From Nemertoderma westbladi (lineage: Eukaryota > Animalia > Xenacoelomorpha): a stretch of 40,597 nucleotides of DNA. The notes beneath the pieces were generated by a model that worked only from the letters and a program-made list of their open reading frames with translations, was not told the DNA's origin and made no database searches. The translations under genes and the position numbers were made by a program. Positions 25,495 through 35,911 of the stretch are shown here, piece by piece. The stretch is taken from assembly GCA_032718475.1 (NCBI GenBank), contig JAUCBJ010007973.1, forward strand, positions 1-40,597, in the 5' to 3' direction. The first letter of the stretch is position 1, and the number at the start of each line of letters is the position of its first letter.

Positions 25495-25719
25495 CTTCAA
25501 CCCCTGGGAGCTCCTGAAACCCGCGTACCGGGGGTTTTCTTCTTCCTCTGTAATTCCGACCCCGGGACTGAAATGGAGTTCCAGTTTGAACCGCTGATCG
25601 CTTCCAGGCTCCTCAGTGGGATCTTCGAACAACATAATAACTATCTGGGTGAGGTAGTTGAGCTCCTGCACCTGGTCTAGGTAGGCCAACGCGTCTCGCC
25701 ATTGGTCGTCTAGTACCGG
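25495..25719 (-). CDS. PPIP5K: PPIP5K exon, end of phosphatase-like domain: PVLDDQWRDALAYLDQVQELNYLTQIVIMLFED...ELHFSPGV...GFRSSQGLK
   Basis: ctacag acceptor, AAG|gtgagt donor, 225 nt, phase 0->0; ELNYxTQIVIM and ELHFSPG motifs. Confidence 0.96.
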
Positions 25720-26293
25720 CTGTAGGAGACAGGGACTAATAATTAAAGTCGTATAAACTGACACTTTATTAGATTACGAAATATTAACAAGATCTATATC
25801 TTATTAAGATATGCCTTAATTCTTAACAATCATGTAAACATCAAATTAATTAATTTAAAAGTTAGTTAATAATTAATTGTGAAATATGAATTATCGAATA
25901 CAAAATGCAAGATTTATGATAAGTGAATCTAATAAATTTACAAAATCAGGTGTATTATTATTATTTATAATAATAACATTTTGAAATAAGGAAAATAAGC
26001 AAGTCAAAAAGTTTCATATAAATATAAATATTGATGGTCAGCAAGGAGTTAATAGAAATGTTAAAATATCAGAAAATTTATTACAATAATTATAGGTAGA
26101 AAAATAGTAAAAAGGTAAAATTAGTAAGCTTTACTTGCACAAAAACAAACGACTGAAATTAAATAAAGCAAAAACAGGTGCAGTTCAAATTTGCAGTCGA
26201 CCTATAAAGTATAAACAATATATTATTACTAATTCCATATAAATTTCTATATTATATTCGACAATATAACAACAACGACAACACTAAACTCAC

Positions 26294-26536
26294 ATCGAAT
26301 ATTCCCCCGTAACGCAATATAGAGAGTAGGGAGTGAACGTGGCTCTCGGAAGTGAAGTAAACCCGAGTTCGAACGAAGCGATAAGGCGAGGCCACCGTGC
26401 GGGTGAACGCCGGGTTCAATCTGTTCACCTTCTCGTTATCCAGGTTCCGTTGGAGATCACTTCGAACTTTATTGAGTAAAGGGCAACATATCCTTTGGGC
26501 TATAACGATCTTCTCGTGCTTTGATATACCGTATTC
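26294..26536 (-). CDS. PPIP5K: PPIP5K exon: EYGISKHEK...[27 protein letters not shown]
   Basis: ttgcag acceptor, GAT|gtgagt donor, 243 nt, phase 0->0. Confidence 0.97.
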
Positions 26537-26859
26537 CTGCAAAATAAAAAGTATAAAAAGTGGCGTTCTTTTAATTGAAAAGCAAGCAAACTGTAAGCTG
26601 AAGCCTGAGGCGACCGGAAGGCTTCTCTTCCGATGTCTGCTACCACCTTCAACCCTACCACCTTTGGTGGAGTAGAGATGAGAATTCAAGGCCAAGTATT
26701 AACAGATACCCGTTAACGCGGGAACAACTGCCTTATTGAGTGAAATAAAGTAGCACAGAGAGACACGTTTTTACACACAACGATGATAATTGTATCCCAC
26801 AACCCCTACCGGTAGCATTTCGACATACGCTGATTTGGAGTCTACCAGCTACATAGTTT

Positions 26860-28842
26860 CGGAGGGTGATTGGGTGCCGGAGGGTGATTGGGTGCCGGAG
26901 GGTGATTGGGTGCCGGAGGGTGATTGGGTGCCGGTCGGTGATTGGGTGCCGGACGGTGATTGGGTGACGGACGGTGATTGGGTGCCGGGGGTGATTGGGT
27001 GCCGGAGGGTGATTGGGTGCCGGAGGGTGATTGGGTGCCGGACGGTGATTGGGTGCCGGACGGTGATTGGGTGACGGACGGTGATTGGGTGCCGGGGGTG
27101 ATTGGGTGCCGGACGGTGATTGGGTGCCGGAGGGTGATTGGGTGCCGGAGGGTGATTGGGTGCCGGAGGGTGATTGGGTGCCGGAGGGTGATTGGGTGCC
27201 GGACGGTGATTGGGTGCCGGACGGTGATTGGGTGACGGACGGTGATTGGGTGCCGGGGGTGATTGGGTGCCGGAGGGTGATTGGGTGCCGGACGGTGATT
27301 GGGTGACGGACGGTGATTGGGTGCCGGGGGTGATTGGGTGCCGGACGGTGATTGGGTGCCGGAGGGTGATTGGGTGCCGGACGGTGATTGGGTGCCGGAC
27401 GGTGATTGGGTGACGGACGGTGATTGGGTGCCGGGGGTGATTGGGTGCCGGACGGTGATTGGGTGCCGGAGGGTGATTGGGTGCCGGAGGGTGATTGGGT
27501 GCCGGAGGGTGATTGGGTGCCGGACGGTGATTGGGTGACGGACGGTGATTGGGTGCCGGGGGTGATTGGGTGCCGGACGGTGATTGGGTGCCGGAGGGTG
27601 ATTGGGTGCCGGAGGGTGATTGGGTGCCGGAGGGTGATTGGGTGCCGGAGCGTGATTGGGTGCCGGACAGTGATTGGGTGCCGGAGGGTGATTGGGTGCC
27701 GGAGGGTGATTGGGTGCCGGACGGTGATTGGGTGCCGGACGGTGATTGGGTGACGGACGGTGATTGGGTGCCGGGGGTGATTGGGTGCCGGACGGTGATT
27801 GGGTGCCGGAGGGTGATTGGGTGCCGGAGGGTGATTGGGTGCCGGACGGTGATTGGGTGCCGGACGGTGATTGGGTGCCGGACGGTGATTGGGTGACGGA
27901 CGGTGATTGGGTGCCGGAGGGTGATTGGGTGCCGGACGGTGATTGGGTGACGGACGGTGATTGGGTGCCGGAGGGTGATTGGGTGCCGGACGGTGATTGG
28001 GTGCCGGAGGATGATTGGGTGCCGGAGGGTGATTGGGTGCCGGAGGGAGATTGGGTGACGGACGGTGATTGGGTGCCGGAGGGTGATTGGGTGCCAAAGG
28101 GTGATTGGGTGCCGGACGGTGATTGGGTGACGGACGGTGATTGGGTGCCGGAGGGTGATTGGGTGCCGGACGGTGATTGGGTGCCGGAGGATGATTGGGT
28201 GCCGGAGGGTGATTGGGTGCCGGAGGGAGATTGGGTGCCGGAGGGTGATTGGGTGCCGGACGGTGATTGGGTGACGGACGGTGATTGGGTGCCGGAGGGT
28301 GATTGGGTGCCGGACGGTGATTGGGTGCCGGAGGATGATTGGGTGCCGGAGGGTGATTGGGTGCCGGAGGGAGATTGGGTGCCGGAGGGTGATTGGGTGC
28401 CGGACGGTGATTGGGTGCCGGACGGTGATTGGGTGCCGGAGGGTGATTGGGTGCCGGAGGGTGATTGGGTGCCGGACGGTGATTGGGTGCCGGACGGTGA
28501 TTGGGTGACGGACGGTGATTGGGTGCCGGAGGGTGATTGGGTGCCAAAGGGTGATTGGGTGCCGGACGGTGATTGGGTGACGGACGGTGATTGGGTGCCG
28601 GAGGGTGATTGGGTGCCGGACGGTGATTGGGTGCCGGAGGATGATTGGGTGCCGGAGGGTGATTGGGTGCCGGAGGGAGATTGGGTGCCGGAGGGTGATT
28701 GGGTGCCGGACGGTGATTGGGTGCCGGACGGTGATTGGGTGCCGGAGGGTGATTGGGTGCCAAAGGGTGATTGGGTGCCGGACGGTGATTGGGTGACGGA
28801 CGGTGATTGGGTGCCGGAGGGTGATTGGGTGCCGGACGGTGA
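26860..28842. repeat. 2-kb G-rich 18-bp minisatellite (ggtgattgggtgccgga[g/c], about 110 copies), intronic
   Basis: Directly visible; 17-bp deletion variants in the left half. Confidence 0.98.
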
Positions 28843-28986
28843 CTTGGACTTGTTGACCCGTTGAACATATCAACCTGATTTCTATAAATTTTCGCGTTTT
28901 TTATTGTACCAAACGGTAACGAACATTGAAATTAATGGTTAATTAAATAAAGTAACGCAGCCAAGCGCATCGCGTTCAATACCTAC

Positions 28987-29213
28987 CTGGGGTATAACAA
29001 TATTAGCAAGAGGGCGACTGAGACGGAAAATTTCCCCGGCCAGGTTCTTATCCAATCCGAGACGTTGGTTGTGGAGGTTGTCGTACTTTATACAGTCGTA
29101 AATGTCGGGGATTTTAGAGATATCGTAGGAGCCGTGCGTGAAGAAATCTCGTTCCAACTTACACCAACGCTTCCACATCAGCTCCAAAGTTTCGTTGTGA
29201 TACAGAATAAAGT
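28987..29213 (-). CDS. PPIP5K: PPIP5K exon: (D)[23 protein letters not shown]...[20 protein letters not shown]...ANIVIPQ
   Basis: ttttag acceptor, CAG|gtaggt donor, 227 nt, phase 1->0. Confidence 0.97.
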
Positions 29214-29635
29214 CTAAAAATATAATCATTGAGGTAAATAATATAATATTATTTTATAAATATTAATGATACAATTATATGATAAATTCAATAGCGAAAA
29301 TCGAGACCGAATTTAGGTTGCCAAAGCTTCCATGGGCGCTCTGCCGACAAAATAGTGGTACGATTTGATTTTGAAAATAAATCCTACAGTTTTTCAGAAA
29401 GTCAAACCTTTCTGTTACACCCGCCGTCAATTTATCATGGAGTATAAGTTAAAATTACAATTTTGGAACCAAACTACAAAAAAATAAAATATTATTGTTG
29501 TACCTTGGGGCCTTTCTGATCCTCGGGTCCTTTCTGCCTGAGCGCTACGTTCGTTCGTGTTACAAACCACACGGATCGTTACACATTGTGTAAATTGATA
29601 CTTTGCACAAATAATTTAATTCTAGAACTTCTCAC

Positions 29636-29786
29636 CTTTGTACTCCGGGGCCTTCTGAATGTCTTTAATGTTATTAGTAAGTTTCTTTATAAGTTCGTGG
29701 AGACGTTGGCATGCGTGTCTGGGGTTGCCAACGGCTGTAAGGGCGGCGGATAAGGCAGTAGAACTGCCCCCGGGAAATAAAGTTAG
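29636..29786 (-). CDS. PPIP5K: PPIP5K exon: LTLFPGGSSTALSAALTAVGNPRHACQRLHELIKKLTNNIKDIQKAPEYK
   Basis: ttacag acceptor, AAG|gtgaga donor, 151 nt, phase 0->1; NPxxxC motif; phases fit both neighbours. Confidence 0.9.
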
Positions 29787-30254
29787 CTGTAACATACGTG
29801 ATAATGAAAGTAAACTATAATGGCAGTCTAAAAACTTAGATATGAAACCGCAATGTGATCGAATCAATTATTTAGCAATTAATCTAATATTAATTCGGGA
29901 GTTAAGGTGATAAAGTGTGAAACAGATAAATTGATTACAGCTTGGTATGGGGCTTGATAAAGTACCAATAAAATACGGTTTACTACACTGAAAAAACACA
30001 ACCCGGGTTATTTAAAAAAAAACTGCCGGTTTACGCAAAAAACCCCGGGTAAATCTGCAACCAAATTCATCGGGGGTTTTTTGCGAAACCGGCAGTTTTA
30101 TTTCTAAGAAAACTGGGGGTTTAATTTTCAGTTCAACTGGCGGTTTTATTTATGAAAAAAAACGGTGGTAATTTGGATAAATAATCGTCAATTGCCGAAG
30201 CTTCAATTAATTTAAACCTCTGGTTATAGAACAAAAACCCATAGTTTATATTAT

Positions 30255-31232
30255 TAAACCTTTGGTTAATCAATAAAAACCCACAATTTAATAGTATTAA
30301 ACCTTTGGTTAATCATTAAAAACCCCTAGTTTAATAGTATTAAACCTTTGGTTAATCAATAAAAACCCACAGTTTAATAGTATTAAACCTTTGGTTAATC
30401 AATAAAAACCCACAGTTTAATAGTATTAAACCTTTGGTTAATCATTAAAAACCCATAGTTTAATAGTATTAAACCTTTGGTTAATCATTAAAAACCCGCA
30501 GTTTAATAGTATTAAACCTTTGGTTAATCATGAAAAACCCGCAGTTTAATAGTATTAAACCTTTGGTTAATCATTAAAAACCCATAGTTTAATAGTATTA
30601 AACCTTTGGTTAATCAATAAAAACCCACAGTTTAATAGTATTAAACCTTTGGTTAATCATTAAAAACCCATAGTTTAATAGTATTAAACCTTTGGTTAAT
30701 CATTAAAAACCCGCAGTTTAATAGTATTAAACCTTTGGTTAATCATCAAAAACCCGCAGTTTAATAGTATTAAACCTTTGGTTAATCATTAAAAACCCAT
30801 AGTTTAGTAGTATTAAACCTTTGGTTAATCATTAAAAACCCCTAGTTTAATAATATTAAACCTTTGGTTAATCATTAAAAACCCATAGTTTAATAGTATT
30901 AAACCTTTGGTTAATCATTAAAAACCCATAGTTTAATAGTATTAAACCTTTGGTTAATCATTAAAAACCCATAGTTTAATAGTATTAAACCTTTGGTTAA
31001 TCAATAAAAACCCACAGTTTAATAGTATTAAACCTTTGGTTAATCATTAAAAACCCATAGTTTAATAGTATTAAACCTTTGGTTAATCATTAAAAACCCG
31101 CAGTTTAATAGTATTAAACCTTTGGTTAATCATTAAAAACCCATAGTTTAGTAGTATTAAACCTTTGGTTAATCATTAAAAACCCCTAGTTTAATAGTAT
31201 TAAACCTTTGGTTAATCATTAAAAACCCATAG
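30255..31232. repeat. 43-bp tandem array (aaacctttggttaatcattaaaaacccatagtttaatagtatt, about 23 copies) inside the CACTG element
   Basis: Directly visible, very homogeneous. Confidence 0.97.
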
Positions 31233-31479
31233 ATATTAAACACACAGATATTACCCACAGATATTAAAATCTCCTTAAGAAATATATTTCACAGTCGGAC
31301 CTACGATTACATAAAATTGTATTTCCATAATGTTGCAAAAATCTGCTTGTTTGGCCGATAAAAAGTACCGATTAAAATAGGTTTAGTTTAGGAAGTAAAA
31401 GTTCCATAAGTAAAACAATAGTAAAACTTCGGCACAAGTCTCCAAATATTCCCTACATACACTAAATCACATCTGCACA

Positions 31480-32060
31480 TTGAATGTAAGCACCTCCGTA
31501 TCTGTCCCTATCCTTACGTAAAACTACGTAATTAACAAATAAAATTTCTCCCTCAGAAACGCTATCATCGAACCAAGATTCAGAGATTGTTAAAACTGCT
31601 GGGTTGGACTTTTTGATTAAAATTCGAATTTCGGAAAGTTTGGGAAGCAGAGATCGTGCGTTTAAATGCAAAAAATGCAAACCGTTTTTCTTAAAGAATT
31701 GAAAAGTTTCACTCTCAGCATCACTTGGAGTTTGCAGAGGCAATGTGAGGAATGAATCGTTGGTTTCAGTGATGAAAAGGAAGTTGGGTAAAAATACAGC
31801 TATTGCAGAGAAAACTTGGCTCAAGATCTGAAGATTGCTTCTGGTGGAGAATAAGTTGGTACTGATTTTCCTAAGATAACATTTTAATTTAAATGTACCG
31901 GTACGAATGTGTCACAACTCTCGCATTGGACGATCTTACTCCGAGAGTTTGTTCCTCGTTGACAGACAGGACAGTTTATCTTCGGCGCCCGCGTCCGACT
32001 GAGTCCTGGGTTGGTCTCAATATCCCCAGCGAGAAAGAAGACAGAGTTTGACGATTAGGC
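31480..32060 (-). pseudogene. Degenerate 5' part of a CR1/L2-type non-LTR retrotransposon ORF: 2A-like motif, PHD remnant and APE endonuclease N-terminus
   Basis: FLAGDIETNPGL (32001-32036); CPVC...IVQCESC..F..H (about 31890-31975); then KKNGLHFLHLNARSLLPK...ISESWF...YVVLRKDRDRYGG, typical of LINE endonuclease motifs I-III. Confidence 0.85.
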
Positions 32061-32635
32061 CTCTAGCAGTCTAGCACTAGCAGTCTAGTTCTGGGAGAAG
32101 AGTCCAGACATCGTCTTCCTCGAAGAGAACAGTAGCAGTAGGCCTATGGTAGAGGCTGAATCCGCTCGTCGACCACATCTCCGTCGATTCTTCACAGCAG
32201 CTGGAACGGTAGAGACAGGGTATTCCGCAAACCAGCTGACCAGTCCAATACGGGTATCGGGTCCGGGTGGATTGCCGGGCAGCAGGGCAGGGTTACCAGG
32301 TTACCCCGCAGTTCAGACAGTCCGCAGGTTCTGCCACCACGAAACGGCCCAGTCAGCCAGTATGATGAAAATCCTGGAGATTAGATGCAGCGACATTATT
32401 CTGTAGTCTGACGCAAGAGACAAAAACTGTATATGGTATAGGCCTAGTACCGGTATCTCGATAGCTTATATCACTGTATAAGCAACATAGGCCTGTAGGC
32501 CTACCTTCCTACAGCAGTACAGATAGACATTATTGTGAATAGAGTCACATCACATGATACCAGGATTTAGCGCGTCGTTTAAATTTTGCGCCAAATGTGT
32601 TTTGAGGTTGGACTTTTGGTATCATCTGCTGTGAC

Positions 32636-33680
32636 GGTAAAACCGTGGTACTATGACAAACTGGCAGTTATAAATGGTAAAACCGTGGTACTATGATAAA
32701 CTGGCAGTTATAATTGTAAAACCGTGGTACTATGATAAACTGGCAGTTATAATTAAAAAACCGTGGTACTATGTTAAACTGGCAGTTATATATTGTAAAA
32801 CCGTGGAACTATGATAAACTGGCAGTTATAATTAAAAAACCGTGGTACTATGTTAAACTGGCAGTTATAAATTGTAAAACCGTATCGTGGTAGTGGTACT
32901 ATGACAAACTGGCAGTTATAATTGTAAAGCCGTGGTACTAGGATAAACTGGCAGTTATAATTGTAAAACCGTGGTACTATGTTAAACTGGCAGTTATAAA
33001 TTGTAAAACCGTATCGTGGTAGTGGTACTATGACAAACTGGCAGTTATATATTGTAAAACCGTGGTACTATGTTAAACTGGCAGTTATATATTGTAAAAC
33101 CATGGTACTATGATAAACTGGCAGTTATATATTGTAAAACCGTGGTACTATGTTAAACTGGCAGTTATATATTGTAAAACCGTGGTACTATGATAAACTG
33201 GCAGTTATATATTGTAAAACCGTGGTACTATGTTAAACTGGTAGTTATATATTGTAAAACCGTGGTACTATGATAAACTGGCAGTTATATATTGTAAAAC
33301 CGTGGTACTATGATAAACTGGCAGTTATAATTAAAAAACCGTGGTACTATGTTAAACTGGCAGTTATAAATTGTAAAACCGTACCGTGGTAGTGGTACTA
33401 TGATAAACAGGCAGTTATAATTGTAAAGCCGTGGTACTATGTTAAACTGGCAGTTATATATTGTAAAACCGAGGTACTATGTAAAACTGGCAGTTATATA
33501 TTGTAAGACCGTGGTACTATGTTAAACTGGCAGTTATATATTGTAAAACCGTGGTACTATGATAAACTGGCAGTTATATTGGAAATATGTGGTTCTATGA
33601 AAAACTGGCAGTTATATTGGAAACATGTGGTTCTATGATAAACTGGCAGTTCATTTTGGTAAACTGGCAGTTATCATTTT
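32636..33680. repeat. About 40-bp tandem array (aaaccgtggtactatgWtaaactggcagttatatattgta, about 25 copies) inside the CACTG element
   Basis: Directly visible; recurrent 10-bp insertion variant (gtatcgtggtagtggta). Confidence 0.97.
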
Positions 33681-34198
33681 AACCTGTGATTCTATGATAA
33701 ATTGGTAGTTAGTTTAAATCTGTGGTTCAATTTTGAACTGGTAGTTCTTTTGTAAACTGGAAGTTATATTTTACATATGTCATTTAACCGCAAAAGGCCA
33801 TATTATCATTTCGATAAAACCGGGAGTTTATTTATTCTGTTTCGAAAAACCCCCACTTTTTTTTATTTATAATTTTATATTATTTTGTATCTTTTTAAAA
33901 CCCCCGGTTTAAAAATTTACCGCCGTTTCAAAATTATAACATGGGTTTAAAAAGTAAGACCCGGGGTTTTTTAAAGAACCTGGGTTGTGTTTTTTCAGTG
34001 TAGTACAACATACTTTTAGTCAATAGTTTAATCCCAAAGCCAGAATTATGCGCTAATTTAATTTCTAGAACAATAATGTCAAAACAACACTAAGAGTGAC
34101 AAATTGATGTTTACAGAAATAATACTAAATCTGTTTTTTATAAGAGGTTTTCAGTGCGTGTTAGTTAGTATTATAGTCACACACACACGGACACTAAC

Positions 34199-34381
34199 CG
34201 ACTCTAAATCGTCGGCCTCTAACTGTTTATCCTGTCTCATTAGATCGTGCAGACGAGATTTTGCTTTCTGCTGACAGTTGATGGAATCCATCTCGTCTAT
34301 ATCGAGAAGAATGTTCGTGTTGGCCGACTTTACCATCTGCATTAGAATCGGCGTCAGTTCCCCTTCTAAAGCCAAAAGTCC
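34199..34381 (-). CDS. PPIP5K: PPIP5K exon: GLLALEGELTPILMQMVKSANTNILLD...EADDLES
   Basis: ttcag acceptor, TCG|gttagt donor, 183 nt, phase 0->0. Confidence 0.95.
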
Positions 34382-34569
34382 CTGAATAGCGAGAGAACAA
34401 GTCAAATCAGTTATAGATGTGGCTGAAAACTCCCGAAATAGGTCCTAAAAGTAAATACTTTACAAACTAATTAATTTATAAAACGTCCAGTCTATAATTC
34501 AAATAACTTATCCCACAATAATTATTCGGTCCAGACCACCCTGGTACCTCAACTTAAAAGGCGGATTAC

Positions 34570-34714
34570 CTTGGCGAATGCAGCAGCTGTCATCTGTACC
34601 CGGCCTTCATCGGAGGCGTAAATCTTTAGATCGTGACGGAAGGTGCTGTGCAGTCTGAGTAGACCGCAGCCCGGGAAGTTAGCATAGGCACCCTGCCCAC
34701 CGGGGTACATACAT
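34570..34714 (-). CDS. PPIP5K: PPIP5K exon: [48 protein letters not shown]
   Basis: ttacag acceptor, AAG|gtaatc donor, 145 nt, phase 2->0; near-invariant PPIP5K sequence. Confidence 0.97.
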
Positions 34715-35062
34715 CTGTAATAATAGAAAGTATCGAGGAGTCCCAGAATATATTCATAGATAGTTTCACTTCCCTCCTCCTTAGTATCAGAGCAATAATA
34801 TATATTTTAGCTTATTTCATTCTTTAGCTAAAAGCGTTTGAAAAATGGCATAGGTTTATGGTAAATGTGAATCAAATTAATAAGAAATTAGTTATTAGGA
34901 ATATCAAAATGCGTTTTAAAATATTTATTATAGTAAATTAGTACAACACAACAAAAATGGAATGAACCATTCCCCCAAAGACCCCCTCCACCTCCCATCT
35001 CCCAATATTCCCCAGGTGGAGTGACTACCACGACCATCAGATCCCATCTACTCGCAACTAAC

Positions 35063-35217
35063 CGGAAGGCTCTTCCCAAATCTTCCCCTTGCTTCCGACC
35101 CAAAGGAGTTAACTCGCCGCCCCATTTAAGAATGAGAACCAACGCGGGTTCAGATTGCGCTTCGCATTCGCTGTCTGAATGTTTCGGCTTTCCGCGCGGT
35201 TGATACTTTAACTGAAC
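35063..35217 (-). CDS. PPIP5K: PPIP5K exon: [51 protein letters not shown](R)
   Basis: ttttag acceptor, CG|gttagt donor, 155 nt, phase 0->2; LKWGGELT motif. Confidence 0.96.
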
Positions 35218-35348
35218 CTAAAAGTAACGTAAAACACACATTGAATTCGTATCGGTGTACCGCACATAAATTACGAATAAGTGTATCGGATAGATTAATA
35301 GCAAACTAAATTTGGATTCAAGAAAAATATCTAAATGATACAAAGCCG

Positions 35349-35721
35349 GAAGGGAAGGAATTGAATGCCTAACCCCCGTACCTTGAAAGGGAAGGAATTG
35401 AATGCCTAACCCACCGTACCTTGAAAGAGAAGGAATTGAAAGCCTAACCAACCGTACCTTGTAAGGGAAGAAATTGAATGCCTAACCCACCGTACCTAAA
35501 AAGGGAAGGAATTGAATGCCTAACTCACCGAACCTTATTGAAAGGGAAGGAATTGAATGCCTAACTCACCGTACCTAAAAAGGGAAGGAATTGAATGCCT
35601 AACTCACCGTACCTAAAAAGGGAAGGAATTGAATGCCTAACTCACCGTACCTAAAAAGGGAAGGAATTGAATGCCTAACTCACCGTACCTAAAAAGGGAA
35701 GGAATTGAATGCCTAACACAC
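35349..35721. repeat. 38-bp minisatellite (about 10 copies) starting at the splice donor
   Basis: Plus-strand unit aagggaaggaattgaatgcctaactcaccgtacctaaa; minus-strand unit GTGAGTTAGGCATTCAATTCCTTCCCTTTTTAG-GTACG. Confidence 0.96.
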
Positions 35722-35848
35722 CTTGCGATATATGCCGGAGAAATGGCCGTACATTTCTAATACAGCTTTTAGTTGCTCAAGTTTGGAACTTTTCTCTTGA
35801 ATTTCAATAGATTGATCATCCGTAGATCCAATTACATCTAAGAGATAT
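35722..35848 (-). CDS. PPIP5K: PPIP5K exon: [42 protein letters not shown]
   Basis: ttatag acceptor, AAG|gtgtgt donor, 127 nt, phase 2->0; [18 protein letters not shown] motif. Confidence 0.95.
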
Positions 35849-35911
35849 CTATAATACAAACAAATTAACTATAAACCGTGATGGATGACTACATTGTAGC
35901 TAATTGACTAG

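Larger units (their letters stand above)
29986..34000. mobile_element. 4.0-kb non-autonomous CACTG-terminated (CMC/EnSpm-like) DNA transposon
   Basis: TIR cactgaaaaaacacaaccc.gg.t..ttaaaaa versus ttttaaagaacctgggttgtgttttttcagtg; TA on both flanks; subterminal aaaacc/ggtttt motifs; no transposase ORF. Confidence 0.8.

Noticed and set aside
26733-28873. 711-, 674- and 366-aa repetitive ORFs (PAPNHP, RHPIT, GDWVPE)
   Set aside because: Products of the 18-bp array lying between two conserved exons that join in frame without them.
30255-33680. Regular 40-43-bp arrays as possible CRISPR arrays
   Set aside because: Head-to-tail repeats without unique spacers, no cas genes, eukaryotic intron context.
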